A stretch of DNA of 64,000 nucleotides, taken from positions 448,001-512,000 of the forward strand of contig CAXWPJ010000002.1 of assembly GCA_963664115.2 (NCBI GenBank). Direction: 5' to 3'. The translations under genes were made by a program, and so were the position numbers. This document shows, piece after piece, positions 29,625-38,357 of the stretch; the first letter of the stretch is position 1, and each line of letters begins with the position of its first letter. The DNA is from Terriglobia bacterium. Lineage in GTDB: Bacteria; Acidobacteriota; Terriglobia; 20CM-2-55-15. Under the pieces are notes generated by a model. That model saw nothing but the letters and a program-made list of their open reading frames with translations. It was not told the origin of the DNA and ran no database searches.

Positions 29625-30404
29625 ATGCCGAATAAATTTTATGTGGTATGGGTCGGTCGCGAAACAGGCGTATTCACGAGTTGGCCCTATACGAAAAAGC
29701 AGGTTCACAACTTCCCCCAAGCTAAATTCAAAGCATTTGAAACACAGGAGGAAGCAGAAACTGCTTTTACCGCAGGTCGAGGTTTGCATTCCAACAAGAG
29801 TACAAAGAACAAGGCCAGAGCTTCTTCGAATAAAACGAACACAATACTGACAGCACCCGATCTTGATGACACTCAAAGGAAGACCTTTGATTCAGATATT
29901 TACTGTGATGGTGCCTGCGATCCAAATCCAGGAAAATCAGCCTCGGGCGTTGCTGTATATCGTGACGGCCGATTGGCCGAACTCTGGTACGGCCTATACA
30001 ACCCTCACGGAACAAATAACTCTGCGGAACTGAACGCCCTGTATCAAGCTTTTCACATTGCAAAAGAAAACATCGAAAAGGGCAAAGAAGTACGGGTTCT
30101 GTGTGATTCAAAATATTCGATCAACTGCGTCACAAATTGGGCGTTCAGTTGGGAGAAAAAAGGATGGAAGAGGAAAACTGAAGGGGATATCAAAAACCTG
30201 AAACTAATCCAGCAAGCTCACGGGCTGTACAAGACCATTAGAGCGGAAGTCGTTGTTTCGCATGTCAAAGCCCATATGGGTCTTGAAGGTAACGAGCTCG
30301 CTGACCGTATGGCTGCTTTGGGTATCGATCAGCAAGCGACCGATTTCTGCCGGTATGCCGATACGCTGGAAATACCGGCCATACTCAAGTTTCGGGCGGG
30401 TTAA
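29625..30404 (+). CDS. rnhA: Ribonuclease HI with N-terminal hybrid-binding (caulimovirus viroplasmin-like) domain
   Basis: KFYVVWVGRETGVFTSW..AKFKAF; catalytic DEDD in YCDGAC, TNNSAEL, LCDSKY, GNELAD. Confidence 0.92.
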   Translation: MPNKFYVVWVGRETGVFTSWPYTKKQVHNFPQAKFKAFETQEEAETAFTAGRGLHSNKSTKNKARASSNKTNTILTAPDLDDTQRKTFDSDIYCDGACDPNPGKSASGVAVYRDGRLAELWYGLYNPHGTNNSAELNALYQAFHIAKENIEKGKEVRVLCDSKYSINCVTNWAFSWEKKGWKRKTEGDIKNLKLIQQAHGLYKTIRAEVVVSHVKAHMGLEGNELADRMAALGIDQQATDFCRYADTLEIPAILKFRAG

Positions 30405-30435
30405 GAAGCGGCACTCTTAAAAAAGGGGGGCTCTC

Positions 30436-30831
30436 ATGCCTCACACAATTCAACTCGCGGCCTCGTTACCGGCCTCCCCTGATCGACTGTTCGACATGTA
30501 CCTCGATCCGGTGGAACACGCGGCCTTCACAGGTGCGCCCGTCACAATTTCCGATCGTCCTGGCGCGCCCTTCAGTGCCTTCGACAATGTCCTTACGGGC
30601 ACCGTCCTGCAGGTGGTCCCGAAGCGTCTCATCGTTCAATCATGGCGTTCCCCGAACTGGAGTTCCACGGCCGTCGACTCCACCCTGATCCTCACGTTCT
30701 CGCCCGAAAAGGACGGCGGTCGCATCGAACTCGTTCACGTCAACGTAGTCGACGAAGATTTCGCAGGCGTCAGCCAGGGTTGGGAAAAATACTACTGGTC
30801 ACCGTGGCGGGCCTACCTCACCCGCCCGTGA
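30436..30831 (+). CDS. SRPBCC / AHSA1-like START domain protein
   Basis: LFDMYLDP..HAAFTG, LIVQSWR, IELVHVNV, GWEKYYWSPW. Confidence 0.85.
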   Translation: MPHTIQLAASLPASPDRLFDMYLDPVEHAAFTGAPVTISDRPGAPFSAFDNVLTGTVLQVVPKRLIVQSWRSPNWSSTAVDSTLILTFSPEKDGGRIELVHVNVVDEDFAGVSQGWEKYYWSPWRAYLTRP

Positions 30832-30999
30832 AAATAGGTCTACGTCGCCCCCGCAATTGAAGTTCTTCGCGGATCGGCGGATGTCGCACAAATTCCCCTA
30901 CACTTCGAGTTTCAGCGGGGCGCAACTGATTTACTGCGGCTGACTCAGTCGGCGCAGATCCGGACGAAGTAGCGGCATTAATGCCCGTGAGTGGTGGAA

Positions 31000-31986
31000 T
31001 TAAGTGACCGTACCTTCAAGCGGCGAGGATGCCGCTGCGTAAAGCTTCTTTGGGATCCGGCCTGCTTCGTAAGCCAGACGACCGGCACGTACAGCATAGT
31101 TCATCGCTTCCGCCATAGCCCCGGCATCGTTGGCTCCGGCGATGGCAGTGTTCATCAGGACTCCGTCGGCGCCCAGTTCCATGGCGAGCACCGCATCGGA
31201 AGCGGTTCCAACACCGGCATCGACGATCAACGGCACTTCGGTGATCCGCTCGCGGAGAATGCGCATCGATGTGAGATTCTGAATCCCCATTCCCGAACCG
31301 ATCGGTGCACCTAAAGGCATGATGGCCGCCGCACCGGCATCGATGAGCCGCCGGGCAACGATCAAATCGTCATTTGTATACGGAAGGACAATGAATCCGT
31401 CTTTCACAAGGGTCGCGGTGGCTTCGATCAGCGCCGCGGTGTCAGGAAACAGGGTCTGCTCATCGCCGATTACCTCTAGCTTGACCCACTCGGACAAGCC
31501 CGCCTCACGCCCAAGATGAGCCGTCCGGATGGCATCCTCGGCGTTGTAGCAACCGGCCGTGTTCGGAAGGATCATGAACCTGGAGGTATCGATATGATCG
31601 AAGAATGACTTTCCTTTGGGTGCGTTCAAGTCCACGCGTCGAACCGCGACTGTGACCATCTCCGCACCGGATCGTTGGTGCGCATCGACCATGGTTTCCA
31701 TCGTTTCGTATTTCCCCGTACCCACGATGAGCCGAGAAGAAAACGACCGGCCTGCGATGACCAAAGCTTGACTGTGTGGGGCTCCGGCTCCACCGCCTAC
31801 GAAGTGCACGACCTCGATCTGGTCTTCCGAAGCAAGAGAAATCGACTCCCACTGGCTTCTCGGAACAACGGCCTTGTTTCTTTCCACCGCGATACGTTCG
31901 GTCGGCAGTTCAAGGTGTTCGAGCAATTGGCGGATGTTCAGAGCTTCCGGTATCTGGTGAAGCTCCCCGTTAAGTTGAATACGCAA
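31000..31986 (-). CDS. thiG: Fused sulfur carrier ThiS - thiazole synthase ThiG
   Basis: TTG at 31986 after a purine-rich RBS; ThiS ([22 protein letters not shown]) in frame with ThiG ([34 protein letters not shown]). Confidence 0.92.
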   Translation of the reverse strand: MRIQLNGELHQIPEALNIRQLLEHLELPTERIAVERNKAVVPRSQWESISLASEDQIEVVHFVGGGAGAPHSQALVIAGRSFSSRLIVGTGKYETMETMVDAHQRSGAEMVTVAVRRVDLNAPKGKSFFDHIDTSRFMILPNTAGCYNAEDAIRTAHLGREAGLSEWVKLEVIGDEQTLFPDTAALIEATATLVKDGFIVLPYTNDDLIVARRLIDAGAAAIMPLGAPIGSGMGIQNLTSMRILRERITEVPLIVDAGVGTASDAVLAMELGADGVLMNTAIAGANDAGAMAEAMNYAVRAGRLAYEAGRIPKKLYAAASSPLEGTVT

Positions 31987-32024
31987 GCCGATAACGCCCC
32001 CTCTTTCTATTGTGCAAGCGCCCC

Positions 32025-32033
32025 ATGTTAGCA
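32025..32033 (-). promoter_or_regulatory. Extended -10 promoter candidate for thiS-thiG
   Basis: TGCTAACAT on the minus strand about 40 nt upstream of the TTG start. Confidence 0.35.
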
Positions 32034-32111
32034 GAAGAGGTCGCGCAGCCCGTGTTGAAAGTCGATCGCACCAACCCGAACCGGTGCGATGAGAAATTAA
32101 AGTGGACAAGT

Positions 32112-32150
32112 AAAAAAAAAGCGGTCGAGGCACACGCCCCGGCCGCTTTT
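32112..32150 (-). terminator. Rho-independent terminator after atpE
   Basis: Minus strand GCGGCCGGGGC-loop-GCCTCGACCGC hairpin followed by a 9-T tract. Confidence 0.85.
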
Positions 32151-32173
32151 CCCATGGTCTGTGTAAAGGAGGT

Positions 32174-32488
32174 CTAGACGACCTTTACGAAGATGATAAA
32201 TAGCGTATACAACGCCAGTGACTCGATCAGCACAAGACCCAGCAACAATGCGAACCGAATCGGAGCGGCGGCTCCAGGATTGCGGGCCAGGCCTTCACAA
32301 GCGGCCGAAATGGCACGGCCCTGGGCCAGGCCACAAACCGCCGATGCGATCGCCATACTGAAACCTGAAGTCAGCGCCACCCAGTTGACCCCGCCACCTG
32401 CTCCGCCTTCGCCCTCCTGCGCCAGGGCGGGTGTCGCCATCGCGAGCAAGATAAATGACAGCATCAGACCGGCCTTAAGTTTTCTCAT
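32174..32488 (-). CDS. atpE: ATP synthase F0 subunit c with N-terminal extension
   Basis: AAGGAG RBS, ATG 32488; [20 protein letters not shown]. Confidence 0.95.
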   Translation of the reverse strand: MRKLKAGLMLSFILLAMATPALAQEGEGGAGGGVNWVALTSGFSMAIASAVCGLAQGRAISAACEGLARNPGAAAPIRFALLLGLVLIESLALYTLFIIFVKVV

Positions 32489-32590
32489 TCTGGACTCCTT
32501 TATGAAAAGTGTCGTATGGAGGTGGTTGCCGAACATCCCTCGTGCAGTCGGCCTCACACATGCGACGGGTTTAGCCCCGCGAGTAATGGC

Positions 32591-33292
32591 CTAGTGTTCC
32601 TCAGTTGCCCCGGCCCCGGCCAGATAGACCATGGTTAGGACGATAAAGATATATGCCTGAAGCATTCCTCCAAACACAGCGTATGCCATGAACGGCAACG
32701 GCAGAATCAGAGGTATCAAGCCGAAGAAAACGACGATCAGCAGTTCCTCTGCAAAAATGTTTACAAAGAGCCGAACCGTAAGAGAAAACGGACGGGCAAT
32801 ATGAGAAATCACCTCGATGATCACCATCAACGGTGCCAGCCACCATACGGGTCCCATGAAATGCTTGAGATACTTAATAATTCCCTGCGCTCGGATACCC
32901 TGAAGGTTGTAATAGAGAAACACGACGATCGCACATCCCGCCGTAACATTGATGTTACTCGTGGGGGCGACCAGGCCCGGGATCAGGCCAATCAGGTTGG
33001 AGAACATGATGAAAATCCCGAGCGTTCCGATCATGTTCAGGTATTTTCGACCGCTTGGACCAATGATTTCATCGAGTTGGTCTCCGAGGAATTCCACCCC
33101 CACTTCCACAGCCTGTTGCAGGCGTCCCGGATTCTCCATCGACAGCCGCGAGCGGACAAAAGTAAAGAACGCGAAACAGAACAGCAGGACGAAGGTCGCC
33201 ATGATGATATGGGCGGGGATTATATGGACACCCTCCGGAGCTCCAAGCGCGTGGTTAATCCACTCAACTATAATCGGTTCAGTTTCTTCCAT
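32591..33292 (-). CDS. atpB: ATP synthase F0 subunit a
   Basis: PGRLQ..E, SNLIGLIP, PTSNIN, IEVISHIARPFSLTVRLF, LQAYIF. Confidence 0.95.
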   Translation of the reverse strand: MEETEPIIVEWINHALGAPEGVHIIPAHIIMATFVLLFCFAFFTFVRSRLSMENPGRLQQAVEVGVEFLGDQLDEIIGPSGRKYLNMIGTLGIFIMFSNLIGLIPGLVAPTSNINVTAGCAIVVFLYYNLQGIRAQGIIKYLKHFMGPVWWLAPLMVIIEVISHIARPFSLTVRLFVNIFAEELLIVVFFGLIPLILPLPFMAYAVFGGMLQAYIFIVLTMVYLAGAGATEEH

Positions 33293-33731
33293 TTGGATTC
33301 GTCAGGAGCAGAGATTTGCCTATCTCAATAATGCATTCAAGGAGTACTGCAAGGACGTAAGAAAAAAGACCTGCCAGAAGGAAAGTCAGGTCCAAGAGTG
33401 TAAAGCGAATTGTAACAAACAGAGCGAACCCAATCAACGCGTAGCGCCCCGCAAACTGAAGCCCCACGCGGCGTCCTACCGGGCCCTCTCCCCCCTCTAG
33501 AATCACGAAGTTAACCGCCCGCTTAAGCCAGCGGAAATTGACGTACGATATCAGGCCGCCTGCCCCTATGCTGACGGCACCACGAGTCGAATCGAGAAAG
33601 GCCACAAGGGCAACGGCCAGTAGCATGACGATCATATTCGTCCGATCCAGCCGGCTTTCGAACACAGCATAGTCCTCAACCACTTTCAGCGCTCCTTCGT
33701 CAACCGCCAACCCTGGTCCCGGAACCAGCAA
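33279..33731 (-). CDS. atpI: ATP synthase protein I (AtpI)
   Basis: Four TM segments, GGLISYVNFRWL; directly upstream of atpB; start uncertain. Confidence 0.75.
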   Translation of the reverse strand: MLVPGPGLAVDEGALKVVEDYAVFESRLDRTNMIVMLLAVALVAFLDSTRGAVSIGAGGLISYVNFRWLKRAVNFVILEGGEGPVGRRVGLQFAGRYALIGFALFVTIRFTLLDLTFLLAGLFSYVLAVLLECIIEIGKSLLLTNPNGRN

Positions 33732-33786
33732 GGTAAGGCCCGGATACTCTGCGCCTCTGACCGCGCATCTATTCCTCGGGTCTTAT

Positions 33787-33999
33787 TCATAGCTTCGCTA
33801 TGGTCCGGAAGAAACTCAAAAATCCTGCAGCAATCCCGAACAAGAGAAACACGATCGTGAGCCAATTGGTTCCGAGCCAACGGTCCAGGTAGTAACCCAT
33901 CCCGTAGCCAATAGCGATAGAGACTGGAAAGACCATGCCCGCGCTCATCAATGCCCCCAGTTGCTGGTACATCTCGCGCTTCTCTTTTCTGCTACTCAT
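33787..33999 (-). CDS. atpZ: AtpZ/AtpI-family ATP synthase accessory protein
   Basis: GYGMGYYLDRWLGT..LLFGIAAGF motif; alternative start 34011. Confidence 0.85.
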   Translation of the reverse strand: MSSRKEKREMYQQLGALMSAGMVFPVSIAIGYGMGYYLDRWLGTNWLTIVFLLFGIAAGFLSFFRTIAKL

Positions 34000-34094
34000 G
34001 GTGGCTTCCATTGTTATATAATTCAGCGCTTACATACACCAAACTCTTTGCGCTTAAACTAGTTATCGACAAGGACGATACAAGGAGAGGACGA

Positions 34095-34676
34095 ATGTTA
34101 AAACAGATGGCGTTGCTCGGTTTTCTTGGCATTCTCGCGGTGGGAATGGTCGCTTGCGCGCCCCCTCCCGAGCCCGTCGCCGAAGAGGAACCGCCTCCCC
34201 CTCCGCCGCCCCCCCCGGTTTACGAACTCACGGAAGTCGATCTCGCCGCTGAGGAACCGGACTTTACGAGCCGCAACATCAGCGTGTTGGGTGTCAAGGT
34301 CGGTGATCGGACCAACGACATGGGCGAAGCTTTGGGCGATATCGCAAACACACGGACGGACGTTGACGACTACATCACCGCGTATCAGGACGGCGGAGTT
34401 GTCATTTACACCTTCAAGCTAACCGGCGCGGCTCGACGAATCGAGATCACTTCGCTTTTTGACGACGGCATTGTCACCTCGGGTCTGCAGGACTGGCTGG
34501 ACGACGGCGATCCGGATCAATTGCGGGAATTCATCGGTCCGGAAGAATCCATCGATGAGCTTCCCGACAGCGACGCGACTGAATACGTCTATGACGCCCG
34601 CGGGATGCGATTCATCCAGTACGACGTGAGCGGTACGGAAATCAACGCAATTCGCTTCAGCGAATTCTTCGACTAG
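34095..34676 (+). CDS. Hypothetical acidic lipoprotein with poly-proline linker
   Basis: AGGAGAGG RBS; signal peptide with lipobox MVAC; PPPEPVAEEEPPPPPPPPP. Confidence 0.8.
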   Translation: MLKQMALLGFLGILAVGMVACAPPPEPVAEEEPPPPPPPPPVYELTEVDLAAEEPDFTSRNISVLGVKVGDRTNDMGEALGDIANTRTDVDDYITAYQDGGVVIYTFKLTGAARRIEITSLFDDGIVTSGLQDWLDDGDPDQLREFIGPEESIDELPDSDATEYVYDARGMRFIQYDVSGTEINAIRFSEFFD

Positions 34677-34727
34677 TTACTTTTATGAGAAAGGCGCCCG
34701 AGCTTATCGGGCGTCCTCATTGCCAGG

Positions 34728-35351
34728 TCACCGCTCGCACACTTCCTGGCTCGTTTGAAACTGCGCTCCTGACCGTTGCATTTCCTCGATCGCCTTTTTT
34801 TCATCGCCAGCTCGAAGTTCGACCGCCCGACAACCGTCTTGGATCACCGTTGTTTGGAAACCCAGTCCCCGGGCGTCGAGCACGCTGTATTTGACGCAGT
34901 AATCTGTCGCCAAACCCATTAAATAGACCGCGTCCACTCCCATCTGATTGAGGTAGTCTCCGAGCCCCGTTGATTGGCGATGGCCATTGTCAAAGAACGC
35001 GCTGTAGCTGTCGATCGCAGCATTCGTGCCCTTAAAAAAGGTCCGCCTGATTCCCGACGTTGCCAGGTTGGATACAAGGCCCGCTCCGCCCGTGTTTTGA
35101 ACGCAATGTGGGGGCCACAGCACTTGAGCTATTCCATCGATATCGATGACTTCGCCGACATGGTGGCCGGGATGGTTTCGGGCAAAGCTGCTATGGTCCG
35201 GTGGATGCCAGTCCTGAGTTGCGAGAACCAGGTCGAAGAACTCCTGCAGCCGGTTTGCGATCGGAACGACTTGATCCCCTTGGGTCACCCCCAGTGCACC
35301 ACCCGGCATGAAGTCGTATTGCAGATCAACCAGGACTAGCGCTCGCATCAC
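34728..35351 (-). CDS. pncA: Nicotinamidase/pyrazinamidase
   Basis: VDLQYDF, TQDWHP..H, WPPHCVQ, KG..DSYSAF, GLATDYCV. Confidence 0.95.
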   Translation of the reverse strand: MMRALVLVDLQYDFMPGGALGVTQGDQVVPIANRLQEFFDLVLATQDWHPPDHSSFARNHPGHHVGEVIDIDGIAQVLWPPHCVQNTGGAGLVSNLATSGIRRTFFKGTNAAIDSYSAFFDNGHRQSTGLGDYLNQMGVDAVYLMGLATDYCVKYSVLDARGLGFQTTVIQDGCRAVELRAGDEKKAIEEMQRSGAQFQTSQEVCER

Positions 35352-36814
35352 GGCCCCTTGAGGTCCAGGATCATCTGGTTTCGAAGTTCGAAGAGGTTCT
35401 CGGCTACACCTGCAGGATAGTCATGGGGATTGACGAGGCGCTTGATACCCGCGTGAAATCCGTCGAGCTGGGAACGACAATGGCGCCTTGATTCTTCAAG
35501 AGTCGGTATGTCTATCACTCGCCGCCCTGCCCTCAGAACGGGAACCAAAAGATCCGCTCCGCCTGCTTCGGATGGAATTCGCTTGCGCCGGGTGGCATCG
35601 GTCGGATCCACGGCAACAACCGGGTCCGGGAGGCCTGACTGCTGGTCGTAAATGACATCGGCAAGGAATTTTCCTCCCATTGAAAAGCGTCTCACCTGCA
35701 AGACACCGGGAATGGAAGTCTTGTTGACCTGCTCGGAAAGTTTGAGGCGATAGGTCCAGGGATCGTCAGAACTGTCCCGAACCGCCGTCAGCTTATACAC
35801 GCCGCCCAGAGCCGGTTCGTCAAACGCTGTTACCAAGTGAGTGCCCACGCCCCACACGCCTATCCTAGCCCCTTGTTCCTTCAAGCTGGCGATCACGTGC
35901 TCGTCCAGGTTGTTGCTCGCCACTATTACCGCTTCGGAAAATCCAGCATCGTCCAACATTCGCCGGGCCTCAATACTCAAATATGCGAGATCACCAGAAT
36001 CCAGCCGTATCCCGATCATACGGTGTCCCATGTCACGAAGTCTGCCGCCGACTTCGATTGCGTGCCGGACGCCCTCCAGCGAATCATAGGTGTCGACGAG
36101 GAAAACGCAGTTGTTCGGCATTGCCTTTGCGTATTGCTCGAAGGATTCCAGTTCAGTGTCGAAACACATGACCCAACTGTGCGCAAGAGTGCCTTTGACG
36201 GGAATATCGAACAGTTTACCGGCCAACAGGTTGGATGTGGCCGCACACCCCCCGAGATACGCTGCACGGCTTGCGCTGAGGCCACCATCGATACCCTGGG
36301 CTCGACGCAAGCCAAACTCGACGACGGAATCCCCGCGCGCGGCCATCGAAACGCGCGCCGCCTTCGTCGCGATCAGAGATTGAAAGTTCACGAGATTCAG
36401 GATGGCCGTTTCAAGAATCTGACATTGCAGAATCGGGCCGATCACCCGCACGAGGGGTTGTCTCGGAAACACGACTGTGCCTTCCGGAACTGCATCCAGA
36501 TCGCAAGCAAACTCCATTCCGGCCAGGTAGTCCAGAAACTCGGGATCGAACAGCGTCTTGCCGTCGTTGCCTTTCAATTGACCCAGATAGGCACGATCAT
36601 CCTCCGTGAATCGAAGCAACTCTATCCATTCGAGAATCGACTCGAGACCAGCCGCAACGGTGTAGCCCCCTTGGAATGGATGCTCCCTGAAGAAGACACC
36701 AAACACAGCTTCACGCTCTGCAATGCCGGCCTTCCAGTAGGAATAAGCCATTGTCAGTTCGTAGAGATCGGTCAGAAGAGACAGGGATTCTCTGTATATG
36801 GGAGGCGTGGCCAT
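35348..36814 (-). CDS. pncB: Nicotinate phosphoribosyltransferase
   Basis: LLTDLYELTM, EFGLRRAQG, GTLAHSW, LVDTYD, IRLDSGDL, GVGT..LGGVYKL. Confidence 0.95.
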   Translation of the reverse strand: MATPPIYRESLSLLTDLYELTMAYSYWKAGIAEREAVFGVFFREHPFQGGYTVAAGLESILEWIELLRFTEDDRAYLGQLKGNDGKTLFDPEFLDYLAGMEFACDLDAVPEGTVVFPRQPLVRVIGPILQCQILETAILNLVNFQSLIATKAARVSMAARGDSVVEFGLRRAQGIDGGLSASRAAYLGGCAATSNLLAGKLFDIPVKGTLAHSWVMCFDTELESFEQYAKAMPNNCVFLVDTYDSLEGVRHAIEVGGRLRDMGHRMIGIRLDSGDLAYLSIEARRMLDDAGFSEAVIVASNNLDEHVIASLKEQGARIGVWGVGTHLVTAFDEPALGGVYKLTAVRDSSDDPWTYRLKLSEQVNKTSIPGVLQVRRFSMGGKFLADVIYDQQSGLPDPVVAVDPTDATRRKRIPSEAGGADLLVPVLRAGRRVIDIPTLEESRRHCRSQLDGFHAGIKRLVNPHDYPAGVAENLFELRNQMILDLKGP

Positions 36815-36877
36815 GACACGTCTGGATAAGATCTAAAAGCTAACGGCCCAGGAGTGGAGCTTACGCAGTGAGAGCTA

Positions 36878-36898
36878 TTAATTGTTAACTTTTAACCC
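36878..36898. repeat. Short heptamer tandem (TTAAnnn x3)
   Basis: TTAATTG TTAACTT TTAACCC between nuoN and pncB. Confidence 0.35.
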
Positions 36899-36917
36899 TT
36901 TTCAGTCATCACATTCT

Positions 36918-38357
36918 TCAAAAACCTTGCGTGGCAGTCTGCGCCATCGTGATGAAAGGATCTGGATAGAGACCGATGAAGAGCGTGAGAATCAGGGTGA
37001 TGGCCAGGACCGACACCAGGCCCGGCGACAAAGTCAGGCCAGTCTTTTCCGTCGCCTCGGACATGAACATCGCGACGACCACCCGCATGTAGTAATACAG
37101 CCCAACGGCGACGTTCAAGGCAGCGATGACCGCCAGCGTAACATGGCCGGTCTCGATAACCGACGCGAACAAGTAATATTTCGCGACGAAGCCGGCTGTC
37201 GGCGGGATACCCGCCAGCGACAACATAAAAACGAGCATTAGGGTCGCAGCCGTTGGATGCTTGAAGAAGAGTCCGTTGAGATCCTCGACATACTCGCCGA
37301 TCACATCCCGGCGTCGCAGGGCGACGATAATCGACCACGCACCAATGTTCATGAAGGTGTACACGAACAGATACAACGCCACGGCGGTCATACCGGTGTC
37401 GTTGCCTGCGATCAGGCCGAGGAGAACAAAGCCCGCGTGCGAAATAGACGAATACGCCAACATCCGTTTGACGTTGGTCTGAGTGAGAGCCGCTAAGTTG
37501 CTGACGGTGATCGTCATCACAGCGACGGCCGCCAGAATCGGAACCCACTGATCACGCAGCGGATAGATTGCGATCATGAAAATACGAACCATCATCGCGA
37601 ACGAAGCCGCTTTCACCGCGACTGACATGTACGCAGTGACGGGAGTTGGCGCGCCTTCGTACGCATCGGGAGTCCACTGGTGGAACGGAACAGCGGCGAT
37701 TTTGAAGAAGAGCCCGGCCGCGACAGTAATCATCGCAAGCAGTGAAATCGGATCCGCCACGGGCCGTCGCGTGAGCGCATCCGCGATCTCGCTCAGGTTG
37801 GTTGAACCCGATATGCCATAAAGCAGCGACATTCCGTAGAGAAGAACACCAGAGGAAAAAGCGCCGAGTAGAAAATACTTCAACGCGGCCTCATTGGATC
37901 GCTGGTTGCCTCTCAGAAATCCGACCAGGATATACGTCGCAATCGCCATCGTCTCCAGGCCGATATACAAAGTGACCAGATCCGTGCCACCCGCCATGAA
38001 CATCATGCCCAGCGTGGCGAAGAGAAGAAGAGCATAATACTCGCCGTGCTGTTCCCGCTCGATGTCCAGGTATCGCACCGAAATTCCAATCGTCAGGCCG
38101 GCTGCGATCAGGAACAGGAACTTGAAGTAGGCAGCGAATGGGTCGACGGCGAGTTGGCCGCCATACGCGGAGATGTCAACGCCATCAAGACGAAACAGCA
38201 GGATGCCTGAAAAACCCAAGCCGGCGAGCGCAAAGTATCCGAGCCTGCGCTTGTCGGGCACGATCAAATCCAACAGCAGGAGCGCCAAACCGAAAATCGT
38301 CAGCACCAGCTCAGGTGCAATCGCCGCCAGATCCTGTATCTGAAAAAAGGCGCCCAC
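36918..38357 (-). CDS. nuoN: NADH-quinone oxidoreductase subunit N
   Basis: EAALKYFLLGAFSS, FKIAAVPFHQWTPDAYEGAPTP, KRMLAYSSISHAG. Confidence 0.95.
   Translation of the reverse strand: MGAFFQIQDLAAIAPELVLTIFGLALLLLDLIVPDKRRLGYFALAGLGFSGILLFRLDGVDISAYGGQLAVDPFAAYFKFLFLIAAGLTIGISVRYLDIEREQHGEYYALLLFATLGMMFMAGGTDLVTLYIGLETMAIATYILVGFLRGNQRSNEAALKYFLLGAFSSGVLLYGMSLLYGISGSTNLSEIADALTRRPVADPISLLAMITVAAGLFFKIAAVPFHQWTPDAYEGAPTPVTAYMSVAVKAASFAMMVRIFMIAIYPLRDQWVPILAAVAVMTITVSNLAALTQTNVKRMLAYSSISHAGFVLLGLIAGNDTGMTAVALYLFVYTFMNIGAWSIIVALRRRDVIGEYVEDLNGLFFKHPTAATLMLVFMLSLAGIPPTAGFVAKYYLFASVIETGHVTLAVIAALNVAVGLYYYMRVVVAMFMSEATEKTGLTLSPGLVSVLAITLILTLFIGLYPDPFITMAQTATQGF

Noticed and set aside
29550-30990. 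Integron cassette array (GTTAG/GTTAA at gene ends)
   Set aside because: No inverse core RYYYAAC, no attC-like palindromes and no integrase
31987-32110. TPP riboswitch upstream of thiS-thiG
   Set aside because: No CTGAGA / CCTGA..GGGA conserved elements, and the leader is too short
32174-34011. ATP synthase operon lacking atpF/H/A/G/D/C as a novelty
   Set aside because: Split atp operons (atpZIBE separate from the rest) are well known in several phyla
35837-36829. 330-aa plus-strand ORF
   Set aside because: Antisense shadow of pncB
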